64,000 nt of DNA from TPA_inf: Saccharomyces. Its lineage: Eukaryota. The translations under genes and the position numbers were made by a program. Of this stretch, positions 11,654 through 22,635 are shown piece after piece. Position 1 is the stretch's first letter. Each line of letters starts with the position of its first letter. Location: assembly GCA_000146045.2 (NCBI GenBank), contig BK006947.3:288001-352000 (forward strand), given 5' to 3'. A model generated the notes under the pieces. That model was given only the letters and a program-made list of their open reading frames with translations, was not told the DNA's origin and made no database searches.

Positions 11654-12649
11654 TTAAAGTATTACACACTTTGACTTCTTTTTCTTCTTGTCGTTTCTCG
11701 TCTTTGGTTTAGCTTGCTTGTTGTGATGATTATTTGAGGCAATTTTACTACCTTTGCTTTTTGATTGCTCGTGAATTTTGTCTTTTTGTCCCTTTTTTGT
11801 GGGTTTGATATTGAGAGCTTCCTTCTCCTGCTGTAAGCTTCCTTTCGGAAGAGTACTATCTGTACTATTATTATGGTGTGGTTGCTGTTTTTGTTCTCGA
11901 ATATTTTTATCTCCATTGGTGTTGGTTGTTGCAGTCGTTAATTCATCAGTTAGAGTATGATTTGCTGATTTTTGGTTAGGGGATTCTGGTTCGTAGATAG
12001 CGTACCTCACCGCCTGTTCAAAGACTTCCCGGACACCTGCTTGGGTAGCAGCTGAACATTCGGTATAGCCCATAAACCCACATCTTTGTACGAGTTCATC
12101 TATTTCCTCTTGAGACACGTAATCGGAGTTTGCTTCCTGCAATTTTTTCTGAGTTGCCGGATCATCTCTTAGGTCACTTTTGGTGCCTACCAATAGAATT
12201 GGATACTTCCCTAATTTAGTATAAAGAGAGGTACCTTCAATATTGGAAGTCTGCTTCAGTTCAGGTAGCCATTTTTCTGTGACATTGGCAAAACTAGCAT
12301 GTTCGCTTACTGAGAAACATATTAAAAAAATATCTGTTTGGGGATAACATAACGGTCTTAAACGATCGTAATCTTCCTGTCCTGCAGTGTCCCATAAATT
12401 GATTTTATATAGTTTTCTGTCCGTACTTGGTGAAGAACTGGCAGATGAAAGTGAACCTCTTTTATCATTACCATTGTCAAGCTCTAGGGGGCTACTCGCA
12501 GTTCCGTTCGGGATAGCTATCGTAGTAGAATAATTATCAAAAACCGTTGGAACATAGTCTGTTGGGAACGAATTGGTAGTATATGATATTAGAAGTGACG
12601 TTTTACCTACTGCACCATCACCAATTATCACACATTTAATAGACCTCAT
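11654..12649 (-). CDS. RHO5: Rho-family small GTPase with a long insert, polybasic tail and CaaX box (CVIL), 331 aa
   Basis: The P-loop GDGAVGKT, switch II WDTAGQEDY and C-terminal KKKKKSKCVIL are visible. Confidence 0.85.
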   Translation of the reverse strand: MRSIKCVIIGDGAVGKTSLLISYTTNSFPTDYVPTVFDNYSTTIAIPNGTASSPLELDNGNDKRGSLSSASSSPSTDRKLYKINLWDTAGQEDYDRLRPLCYPQTDIFLICFSVSEHASFANVTEKWLPELKQTSNIEGTSLYTKLGKYPILLVGTKSDLRDDPATQKKLQEANSDYVSQEEIDELVQRCGFMGYTECSAATQAGVREVFEQAVRYAIYEPESPNQKSANHTLTDELTTATTNTNGDKNIREQKQQPHHNNSTDSTLPKGSLQQEKEALNIKPTKKGQKDKIHEQSKSKGSKIASNNHHNKQAKPKTRNDKKKKKSKCVIL

Positions 12650-12929
12650 CAGACTTATTAGTATACTATATTGTATTTAATAAATATTTCGGCGTGTGCT
12701 TTGTGGGTGCCACCTGTCTTGTATTTCCTATCCAACTGAATATTCTGGATATTGTCTTGTGCAATAGACCGGAAAAAAAAAAGTGAATGTTCCAACGCTT
12801 TGGAATACAATGATGGGTCAAGGATCGTGCTTTTGTTCGTTGGTGGATCGGCCGTACGTGTTTAGTGAGGGTACTATTTAAACTTACTTTAAATAGCAAA
12901 ATAGGAAAAGCTACGAGAAACTGAAAAGT

Positions 12930-12968
12930 AAAAAAAAAAAAAAAAAATAAAAAAAAAAGAAAAAAAAA
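12930..12968. repeat. 39-nt near-pure poly(dA:dT) tract (two interruptions), about 280 bp upstream of the RHO5 start codon
   Basis: a18 t a12 g a9, read directly. Poly(dA:dT) tracts are typical nucleosome-excluding promoter elements. Confidence 0.9.
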
Positions 12969-14679
12969 GGAGAAACATGATTGCCAGTACTCGCAAGAAC
13001 TAAGATAGAGAGAAAAAGGACGATATATCAAGAAATAAAAGGGAAGGTAATTCAAGTAAGCACTGCTTAGCTGTCTGCATAGGAGCCTTCTGCAATTACT
13101 CATCTCATCGTATTCGTCATAACCCGTTACGTAACTGATTTGACCAAGAAGCGTAATGAAAATTTTGAGCGGACGCCGAAACGTTGTTTTTTTTTTGCTT
13201 TAGTCCAGATAATAACCTTTTATAATTTTCTTTTTAGGGAGGAAGACCGGTCTAAGCTCTTAGAGGTTCTCGCATACCCAAGTAAAAGCTAAGACCGAAG
13301 CAAACACGCAGGATAATTTTCCGGTTTACTCTCACTGCAGCTTTAGTATAGATGCAGATCTGGTATTGAGAGAGGGGGGCCGGAACGAAAAGATTCAGGG
13401 GAGAGAAAGGCCCGGGCGTCGGGGAACAAAACCACTTTTGCACACCTTAATTTTTTAGCTACTCTGTTTCTCCGGGCTTGTATGGCACATAAATAAAATT
13501 CTGCTACTTTCCATTATCTGGTCATCACTTACCGATGTGGAGAGCCTTGCCCTTGAAAAATAAGATAAGACCTCCGATTAGGGTATTTGAAATTAACCGC
13601 TGTAGAATGAAATAAGGACGCTTGTTTGACATTTTTTAGTTGCTTTCTCTATCTACCACCATTTGCATCTTGATTTATGTCTTGTTTGAGGAGATTTCGG
13701 ATAAATATTCTTCGAGGGGAAAATGTCGTAAAAATAAAAACAATAAAGAAACAAAACGATTAAAAGAAAAACTCAACCATCCTCAAAAGTCCTCCTCTTT
13801 TTTTTCACGTGCTGCGCTGATGTAAGCAGCAGGACATGGCAGGAAGAAAATCGGAGAATTGTGGCCGCGACACCTGACAAACAATCCTCAGGCAAATGTA
13901 AAATTGTACATGAAAGGCTGCGTAGTCAATGTCTTAGAAGGCCGGCCCGCATGATCCAGAAGCAGACCATAAAAAAAATAAAAATTCGCGGTCTGGCAGC
14001 AGGCATAAGATGCATAGCGTTATCCTAAATGACATCACGATGATAAATCCTCCGCCGCATGATGCTTTTGATTTGCCTAAGGGCCTGCCATCGTGCTGGC
14101 TCAAACTATTGAGGGTCAACATACCTTGAAAATCCAAGTAAAAGGATGGATATCGTTATACTAAAAGCAACACAGAAAAGGTCCACGTCAGTTCCACACA
14201 ATAACATTTACGTAGTGTTCACGCGAAGCAGTTACATCTCAACTAACATAATTGCTGGTGAGCCTACAACACTGCATGCGTAAACGTCAACGGGATTACG
14301 TTAGTATTTTTGGCCGCCGGTAAATTCTCTTGTTTTTTTTTCTTGATTTCACTTCTTTTCATGTTCCTTTGGAATAATCTAATTCCTCATGATTAAATGA
14401 GACTGTTTTTTGTTTCCGTAACATCCATACCTTTCCTGTATAATATTCTTGCTGTAAAGTTTGTTTTTTTTATGAAAAAAACATTTTCTTTTCTTGAGAT
14501 GAGGCGCCGCGAGCCTTTCTCCCATGGGCAGTGGTAAATTTTCCAAATCAATGCAGCTCTTTGAAATACAACAGCATTTTTCATACATTTTAAGCAATTT
14601 CTAGTTTGTAGATATTGTTAGATTAGTTTTTGAACATTGTTTTGATAACTGAAAATAAAACAGCAAACAAACTACAAAA

Positions 14680-15402
14680 ATGGTCGCTTTAATCTCTAAG
14701 AAAAGAAAGCTAGTCGCTGACGGTGTCTTCTACGCTGAATTGAACGAATTCTTCACCAGAGAATTAGCTGAAGAAGGTTACTCCGGTGTTGAAGTCCGTG
14801 TCACTCCAACCAAGACCGAAGTTATCATCAGAGCTACCAGAACTCAAGATGTTTTGGGTGAAAACGGTAGAAGAATCAACGAATTAACTTTGTTGGTTCA
14901 AAAGAGATTCAAGTACGCTCCAGGTACTATTGTCTTATATGCTGAAAGAGTTCAAGACCGTGGTTTGTCCGCTGTCGCTCAAGCTGAATCTATGAAATTC
15001 AAATTGTTGAACGGTTTGGCTATCAGAAGAGCTGCTTACGGTGTCGTCAGATACGTTATGGAATCTGGTGCTAAGGGTTGTGAAGTTGTTGTTTCCGGTA
15101 AACTAAGAGCTGCCAGAGCTAAGGCTATGAAATTTGCTGACGGTTTCTTGATTCACTCTGGTCAACCAGTCAACGACTTCATTGACACTGCTACTAGACA
15201 CGTCTTGATGAGACAAGGTGTTTTGGGTATCAAGGTTAAGATTATGAGAGACCCAGCTAAGAGCAGAACTGGTCCAAAGGCTTTGCCAGATGCTGTCACC
15301 ATCATTGAACCAAAAGAAGAAGAACCAATTCTTGCTCCATCTGTCAAGGACTACAGACCAGCTGAAGAAACTGAAGCTCAAGCTGAACCAGTTGAAGCTT
15401 AG
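14680..15402 (+). CDS. RPS3: Ribosomal protein uS3 (40S), 240 aa, intronless
   Basis: A KH domain and the conserved uS3 C-terminal domain are present. The codon bias is strong, the start context is A-rich (acaaaaATGG), and the length is 240 aa. Confidence 0.9.
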
Positions 15403-15543
15403 ATTTAATTATTAAATACATAAATAAACTATAAGTACAATAATTTCTTCTATTCTAGTGCACTTAATTGTTGCGGTTTCTTGCATATTGCCGTGTTTAG
15501 TCAGGAGGGTGCACGTTGAAGCAGTGCGTTGAAACTAGTTGTT

Positions 15544-15552
15544 ATTTACAGA
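15544..15552 (-). promoter_or_regulatory. MRPL22: Puf3-binding element (CTGTAAATA) in the MRPL22 3' UTR, about 135 nt after the stop
   Basis: The plus strand reads TATTTACAG. Confidence 0.7.
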
Positions 15553-15685
15553 ATCACAATATTATATAATCAAAAGAAAAGTTTTGTACAACACAACTGT
15601 GAATATAGGTTAAGAAGTGAGTAGCAGTTCATCTTTCTCAGCTTACAGGACGATTTCTCGGATATGAATGAGTTCGCTATCGTTT

Positions 15686-16660
<975 letters not shown>

Positions 16661-17069
16661 CTATGCGGCTCCTAATGGCGTATGTTAAAATGCCTTCCAG
16701 ATTGGATAGTTGACTTTTATTCAAAATCCCGAGTACAGTGAAGGCTTAGTTACCCCGCCCACAGAAGATTAATAGAATATCATGAGTACTGTTCAAGCAG
16801 CAAGCAGGAGAAAAGACTGAAAGAGTTTCGTATAATTTAGTATTTATTTATTTAGGAGAACTAAAATATTTTCTTTATACACAAAGAACAAAGTTTTCTT
16901 TTTTTTTCATTGCAGAATGGTATCATTGTTTTTTATGCCTTTTAAAAGGCCTTGTCGTTCTTCACTATTGGCAATAAAGATGTTTTTATGATTTTTAATA
17001 GTAGTGTTATTCAGCAAGAGCTGATTTTGCTTAATTAGTAAACATCATACTAATAGACTGAAGTCATCG

Positions 17070-18980
17070 TCATATAATTTCCCTCAAGAACCCTTGTGAA
17101 TTGTTCTGAACTGTATTTCTCTCATCATGAGAGATGTCATTATCTAAACCACGTCCGAGTCGTATCGAATTTGAAGATAAAGTAGAAAAGCCACCTTGAG
17201 TAGATGAACCCAATGACGAATATGTAAATGAAGAGCCATAGGAAAATCTGTTTTCCTGGTCCATGAAATTACTCCGCATATTTTGAAAGGAGCCATTCAT
17301 TGCGGTAACATTCCTTGGTGGTGGCACTGGAGGAGGATTTCCTCTTGCCTTAAAATTGAATTCGTTGCTGAACGGATTATTAGCAGAAGCAGTCTCGGTG
17401 TTTCGTTGCTGTGATCCCGAGTCTTGAGCTTGAAGTGACGCCTCTTTTGCTTGGGCAGTTGTTGGGAATCCCGTTCTGCGCCCAATCTCGTGACAGAAGG
17501 AATCGTTTTCCTTGAAATGCCTCTTTGCCTTCCTTTTTCTAACCAGCATGAACCAAACTACTAGTACACATATAAGAATACCACCGACGCTTCCTACCAC
17601 ACTTCCAACAATGGTACCAGTATTTGTCTTTGAAGTGCCTTGGTTTTTGTTATTATCCAAACTGCCATCAAGCCAGTGCTGATAGAAAGACATGTCAGCT
17701 GTGATCGTCGAAGATGGAGCGGAAAATGAGGTTACCTCACTTTTTGCAACTGCTATGGTCGTAGGTAATCCCGTCACGAACGTTGTAGAGGAGTCAGTAA
17801 TATCATATGTTTGGGTATAGAAATAATAAATAGTTTTTGAATCTTCGGAGCTTGAAATGGCTACCGTATTGAAGACCTGACTGGATGTTGGTATGGGAGA
17901 CGTAGAAATCGTACTAGTGCTGGGTGTTTGAGTGGTGGGTGGTATACTGCTGCTAGTAGTAGATTGTAAGGACTGAAAAGTATACGTGCTTGAGTAAGCA
18001 CTTGTTGTATCATCTGATGATGATGATGATGAAGGACGGTTTGAAGGTACTTTACTGCTGGATGAGCTAACAGAACTTGACGTTGGCACGGAAATCGTGC
18101 TTATGGAAACTGTCGAAGATGAAGCTGATGGACTGAGTTTCGATGATTTGCTTATGGTTGAAAAATCGTTCGTCGATGAAAGCGATGAACTGTAAAACGA
18201 TGTGGAAGTATTCCGACTGGAACTTGGGAATGTGGTATCTTTATTTGATATCGTAGAAGGAGAAGAAATTGTTGAGAACCAACTAGAAGAGAGTTCTGAA
18301 GTGGTACTAATTTGAAATGAAGTTGCAGATATGGAAGACAAGTATGTGTAACTAGGGGATATTACGGTGGGTGTTGATGGTGAGAAAATAGAAGATCTGC
18401 TGTCGAACGAAAACAATTTAGTGTCTGAATATGATGAAGATAGTGATAATGACAACGAGGACGATACCAGTAACGAAGATGGTGATGATAACGACGACCA
18501 TGATGATGACAGCGATGTAGCTGATGACGATAACGTTGGTGTTGTTGATGTTAACGATGACCATTCCGACGTTATTGACGACGATGATGACATTGGTGAC
18601 GTCGATGAGAAAATGGACATGGATGGTGTAATTATTGAGTATGAGGAGGTAGCTGGGTCATATTGGGAACTATACGTATCTTGCTCGCTCGATGAACTGC
18701 TGTCGGTAGATGATACTAAAGTACTTGTCGAAGATACATCAATGGATGTATGCAAAGTCTCATCATATGTTAAGCTTGTAGAATAATATGTAGGAGTAGC
18801 TGTACTAGACACGGGCGGTAATGAGGTCAGACTTCCTTGTTGGGGTACTAAAGTTGAAGTAGATGCGAAGACAACATCCGTTGATCGTGAATTCAGACTG
18901 CTACTTGGTTCACTGAATGACAGGGATATCGTATCAGATTCTCCAAGGGTGGTCCTTCCGATGGTACTATTGGAGTTCAT
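17070..18980 (-). CDS. TDA7: Ser/Thr-rich, mucin-like type I membrane protein, 636 aa
   Basis: A very long S/T-rich low-complexity ectodomain is followed by a single transmembrane segment ([24 protein letters not shown]) and a short cytoplasmic tail. Confidence 0.7.
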   Translation of the reverse strand: MNSNSTIGRTTLGESDTISLSFSEPSSSLNSRSTDVVFASTSTLVPQQGSLTSLPPVSSTATPTYYSTSLTYDETLHTSIDVSSTSTLVSSTDSSSSSEQDTYSSQYDPATSSYSIITPSMSIFSSTSPMSSSSSITSEWSSLTSTTPTLSSSATSLSSSWSSLSSPSSLLVSSSLSLSLSSSYSDTKLFSFDSRSSIFSPSTPTVISPSYTYLSSISATSFQISTTSELSSSWFSTISSPSTISNKDTTFPSSSRNTSTSFYSSSLSSTNDFSTISKSSKLSPSASSSTVSISTISVPTSSSVSSSSSKVPSNRPSSSSSSDDTTSAYSSTYTFQSLQSTTSSSIPPTTQTPSTSTISTSPIPTSSQVFNTVAISSSEDSKTIYYFYTQTYDITDSSTTFVTGLPTTIAVAKSEVTSFSAPSSTITADMSFYQHWLDGSLDNNKNQGTSKTNTGTIVGSVVGSVGGILICVLVVWFMLVRKRKAKRHFKENDSFCHEIGRRTGFPTTAQAKEASLQAQDSGSQQRNTETASANNPFSNEFNFKARGNPPPVPPPRNVTAMNGSFQNMRSNFMDQENRFSYGSSFTYSSLGSSTQGGFSTLSSNSIRLGRGLDNDISHDERNTVQNNSQGFLREII

Positions 18981-19228
18981 ACGATGGCCAAAATAATTAC
19001 TCTATCCAGCTTTTCTTTTAGATTTCCTTCAGATATCGACGGATGGGGATTGAAATACTAAATGTGTGTCTTAAGCGAAAGTGTGCCAACAACCAGTCCA
19101 AAAAACGGATCAGTAGTGTTTCGGTACCTGGTGAGTAGTTTAGGATTTTATGAGTGTACGGCGATTATCAGTGTATTACTAATATGCGAACCGCTCCTAA
19201 AGATCTTGTTTACCTCATTTCTTTCTTC

Positions 19229-19244
19229 TTTTTTTTTTTTTTTT
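19229..19244. repeat. 16-nt poly(dT) tract in the TDA7 promoter / NOP13 3' region
   Basis: Read directly from the sequence. Confidence 0.9.
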
Positions 19245-19400
19245 CCGTGCGTTCTCCCCGTGCCTTGATAAGCAATAATGGAAAAAATAAAAATAGCAGC
19301 AATTGGTTATACAATGTATATATAAAACATGAATGATTGAATAATTTACAAGCGAAATAATCGCATTATATACGTGGCACCTACAGTCAGTTCACGCTGA

Positions 19401-20612
19401 TTAGTCAAACTTCACTTTCTTACCTTGTGATGGGACAATAGCTGCAGAACCTCTCTGAGCAGTGGCTAAAGCTACACTGCTCTTAGTTCGGTTATTGGAA
19501 TCTACAGGTGGACGTCTGTTGGCGTTGGACCGCTTGTATTCGGGTTTGCTGCCGTTATCCTGTCCCGCACGATCGTATCCTTTGTTGTTAGAGATATCAA
19601 ATGATGAGGAATTGTTTCTGGATACATTTTCAACCTTCTTACGAACTTGTCTTTTACTTCTATCTTCACCGTATTCCATTCGCAATGGCCTTCCGGCAAT
19701 TTTTCTACAACTTTTATCCTTTAATGCATTAGTAGATCCTTCTTCATTCTTGAAGTCGATAAATGCGAATCCTTTACATTTACCACTATCTTCGAATGTT
19801 GCCATGCGGATTTTCACGATATCACCACAATGTTGGAAGTGTTTTCTTAACAGATCATCTGTGACATCGAATGACAAATTACCGACAAATAGAATCCTTG
19901 ACGGTGGATTTTTGGACATGGCAACTAAATCGTCCTTGTCTGGCCTACCTGAATAATTTTCGGAGTCCTTGATTAGCATATTCCTTCCGTTTAAATGAGA
20001 TTCAGATAATTCTAAGACCGCTTTCATCTGCTCGACGTTCTTGAAAAACATGTAGCAAAATCCCTTATTTTTCATGGCGTTAGAGTTCTTGGCAGCAACA
20101 CGAGGCATGGATAACCTGGTTATGTCTTGTTCGGTGACTCTGCTCTTTTCATCTTCGTTGTCTTTTGTTTTAGCAATAAAAAATCTTACTAAATCGTCCT
20201 TTGTGGTGTCGAAGGATAAGTTACCAATCCAAACACCATATTTATTTTCATCTTTCTTCTTCTTTTTTACAACCTCGCCAGATTCATCTCCTGTTGGAGT
20301 GTTGATTGTAGATTCTTCACCCTGGGCGTCTTTCTCAGAAGCACCAGACTTTTTCTTTTCAGCATCTTCTTTGTATTCCTCGATTGACTTAGGGTCGATA
20401 TTGTACTTCGCATTCAACTCCTCTAGAGTAACTTTACCTCTTCTCAAGAGACGTTTCTGTTTTTTTGATAGGGGAATGGAGCTTTTCAGGTCAATCTCAA
20501 TTTCATCTTCAGCTTTTCTCTTTTTTGTTGGATCGAGTAAAGCCTTCTTGACTTGTTCCTCGTTATCCTTTTTTGTAACAGCATCTTCTTTCGACAGTTC
20601 TGTTTCTGACAT
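19401..20612 (-). CDS. NOP13: Nucleolar RNA-binding protein with two RRMs, 403 aa
   Basis: The RNP1-like motifs KGFCYMFF and KGFAFIDF are present. The N-terminus is a K/E-rich nucleolar type, and the promoter carries PAC and RRPE elements. Confidence 0.8.
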   Translation of the reverse strand: MSETELSKEDAVTKKDNEEQVKKALLDPTKKRKAEDEIEIDLKSSIPLSKKQKRLLRRGKVTLEELNAKYNIDPKSIEEYKEDAEKKKSGASEKDAQGEESTINTPTGDESGEVVKKKKKDENKYGVWIGNLSFDTTKDDLVRFFIAKTKDNEDEKSRVTEQDITRLSMPRVAAKNSNAMKNKGFCYMFFKNVEQMKAVLELSESHLNGRNMLIKDSENYSGRPDKDDLVAMSKNPPSRILFVGNLSFDVTDDLLRKHFQHCGDIVKIRMATFEDSGKCKGFAFIDFKNEEGSTNALKDKSCRKIAGRPLRMEYGEDRSKRQVRKKVENVSRNNSSSFDISNNKGYDRAGQDNGSKPEYKRSNANRRPPVDSNNRTKSSVALATAQRGSAAIVPSQGKKVKFD

Positions 20613-20705
20613 TCTATCTCAAATTATAGAAAGTTGTTGGGTTTAGGTAATGTTCTGTGGGGAAAAGGATTTCTCTTTGTTGTATGGTTAAATTTATCAT
20701 CTATG

Positions 20706-20741
20706 CTCATCGCAATTTTTTCTTTCAGACTGAAAAATTTC
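20706..20741. promoter_or_regulatory. NOP13: PAC (CTCATCGC, 20706-20713) plus RRPE (TGAAAAATTTC, 20731-20741) pair about 95-130 bp upstream of NOP13
   Basis: Exact PAC octamer, with the RRPE core AAAAATTT 18 bp away. This is the canonical ribosome-biogenesis promoter arrangement. Confidence 0.7.
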
Positions 20742-20956
20742 AGGTTTTTGCATTTCAACGGGAAACGTGACTCCTACAGAATTTTCTGAGCAAAGGCGTA
20801 CAAGCGAAATACAAAGACAAGCATGTGCTTTCGGCAAAAGTGCGATCCTACATCAGAGTTTACATACAACATGGTATTGTTATTAATACATAATTAGGTT
20901 TTACATAGTTAGGTATGGCGAGTACGTCATATATTTAGGTATTCTCCTGATTGTTT

Positions 20957-22057
20957 TCACTTCAAAAGCTGGGCCAACTTTTTAAAGAACCCTCCATTCT
21001 TAGCAGGGTTCTTTTGGACACCTTTATTTGGTGTTTCTTTCGTGCCCTTAGGTTTCGAAGGTCTAGTAGCTTTCTTAGCTTCGATTTTTTTTGCGGCAGC
21101 GGTAGGAGCGCCCTGTTTCGTCTCGTAAGTTTGAGTCTCAGTCGCAACCTTGCCGGTTGGTTTCACAGAAGTCTCTTTAGCATGGCTTGTAATTGAGCTT
21201 ACAGGTACTTTTTCTTCCGGTTTTTCAAATTTAGCGGATTTACTTAATGGTTCCTTATTTTGATCTTCTGAAGCTTCAGCGTCTGCACTTGTACTGGTGT
21301 CCTTACCGCCGCCTTTATCTTCGTCCTCTTCCTCTTCTTCCTTTTCAAGATCTTCGGCCGATAGTTCATATAATCTAGACTCAGAAGATTGCGTCTTACC
21401 CAAACCGTCCGTAACATATCCTTCACTCTTAACTAGATTAACTTTGGGGTGATTCTCTTCATACGGCTTGATTGCTTTTTCCTCGTTTACACCAACATTA
21501 TTCTCAATTATCGTTGTAGTACCGCTTAAGCCATCCGCATTCTTGCCCGTTTTGTTCACCTGCTGGGTTTCATCCTCGCTATCGGGCAATTCAACCACTT
21601 CTTGGGAAAATATCGACCTTTCTCCGGTTTGTTTATTTGTCTTGATCACTCTCTTGATCTTGAACTTTCTTAATTTTTTTGCACGTTTTTCAGCTTCTGG
21701 TTCGATAAGAGGGGCATTCTTTGAAACAGCTAATCCGGCACTTTCAGGTACCAGCGTGCTAGAGCCATTTTCGCGTTGCTTTATTACGTCTTCCTCGGTA
21801 ATAAAGTTGTTTTCCACTCCCTCGTCGATGTTCACCTTGTAGTCTTTGCTTGGCAGCCATTGGCCATCAACAATAAACTTGAAATAAAACTTGCTGCTAG
21901 GGCTATCAAACGTTACTGGCAGCGTTATTTCGAAGGCGCCACTGGGGTCCTTCACCATCGGCAAAGTACCTTTCCAGTCGTCGAACGTGCCTGTCAGAAT
22001 AATTGCTTCGGGTCCTTTGGGCCATTTGAACGTAAATTGAGGTAAGCTCGATTGCAT
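20957..22057 (-). CDS. MDG1: Plasma-membrane-associated protein with an N-terminal AMPK-beta/CBM48-like domain, 366 aa
   Basis: The N-terminal glycogen-binding-like domain is FKWPKGPEAIILTGTFDDW. The rest is K/E-rich and disordered. Length is 366 aa. Confidence 0.7.
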   Translation of the reverse strand: MQSSLPQFTFKWPKGPEAIILTGTFDDWKGTLPMVKDPSGAFEITLPVTFDSPSSKFYFKFIVDGQWLPSKDYKVNIDEGVENNFITEEDVIKQRENGSSTLVPESAGLAVSKNAPLIEPEAEKRAKKLRKFKIKRVIKTNKQTGERSIFSQEVVELPDSEDETQQVNKTGKNADGLSGTTTIIENNVGVNEEKAIKPYEENHPKVNLVKSEGYVTDGLGKTQSSESRLYELSAEDLEKEEEEEDEDKGGGKDTSTSADAEASEDQNKEPLSKSAKFEKPEEKVPVSSITSHAKETSVKPTGKVATETQTYETKQGAPTAAAKKIEAKKATRPSKPKGTKETPNKGVQKNPAKNGGFFKKLAQLLK

Positions 22058-22635
22058 TCTAGAAACACTTTCCCTTTAATATTATCTTATAATGCTTAGA
22101 AAGTTAAATACCATCAAGAGAAAGAAAATTAGGTAATACAGAGGACAGAAGGACAGAAGTCGTTTCTATATTACATAAAAATCGGCCACCTTTTATTTTT
22201 TTAAACCACAAGAGAGGGGGAGAATGATGGATGTAAAACCTTAACCATGTCAATGCAAGGGCTCCCGCCCCAAAAGTTCCTATCGGGCCCCTTCGCTTCG
22301 CTGCCCCAGATATTTGCGGAAAAGGCCAGCCTCGCAGTATTTCACCAATGCCCTTACTTTGATAGTATGTATTTTGACTACTTTTTTTCATTTTTATCGC
22401 TTCTTTTTACTTTGTGCGGTGTAAACCCTACACAAAATAGGGCTTTCATTTAGTATTTACATTTGCACAAAAGTAGAGAAGATACGTAATAGTCATTGAA
22501 AGCATCGACATTTTTGGTGCTTGCTGACAAATTCACGGTGACAAAGTGAGCTAGAATATTGCTTATCGATAATCAGTGTGTTATAGCAGCGTTTTAATCT
22601 GTTTTTCCTTTCTTTAGTTTCTAGCGTTATAACTT

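Noticed and set aside
12666-13103. 145-aa ORF on the - strand spanning the poly(A) tract upstream of RHO5
   Set aside because: Its translation is poly-Phe/Lys derived from the homopolymer tract. It is promoter DNA.
18367-18786. 139-aa ORF on the + strand encoding an Asp/Asn-rich polypeptide ([10 protein letters not shown]...)
   Set aside because: It lies antisense inside the Ser/Thr-rich TDA7 coding repeat. Antisense reading of TCA/TCG-rich codons gives GA(T/C) runs. It is a by-product of the low-complexity sequence, not a gene.
20074-20646. 190-aa ORF on the + strand antisense to NOP13, and a 164-aa ORF at 19462-19956
   Set aside because: Both are fully embedded antisense in a conserved RRM protein gene, with no motifs.
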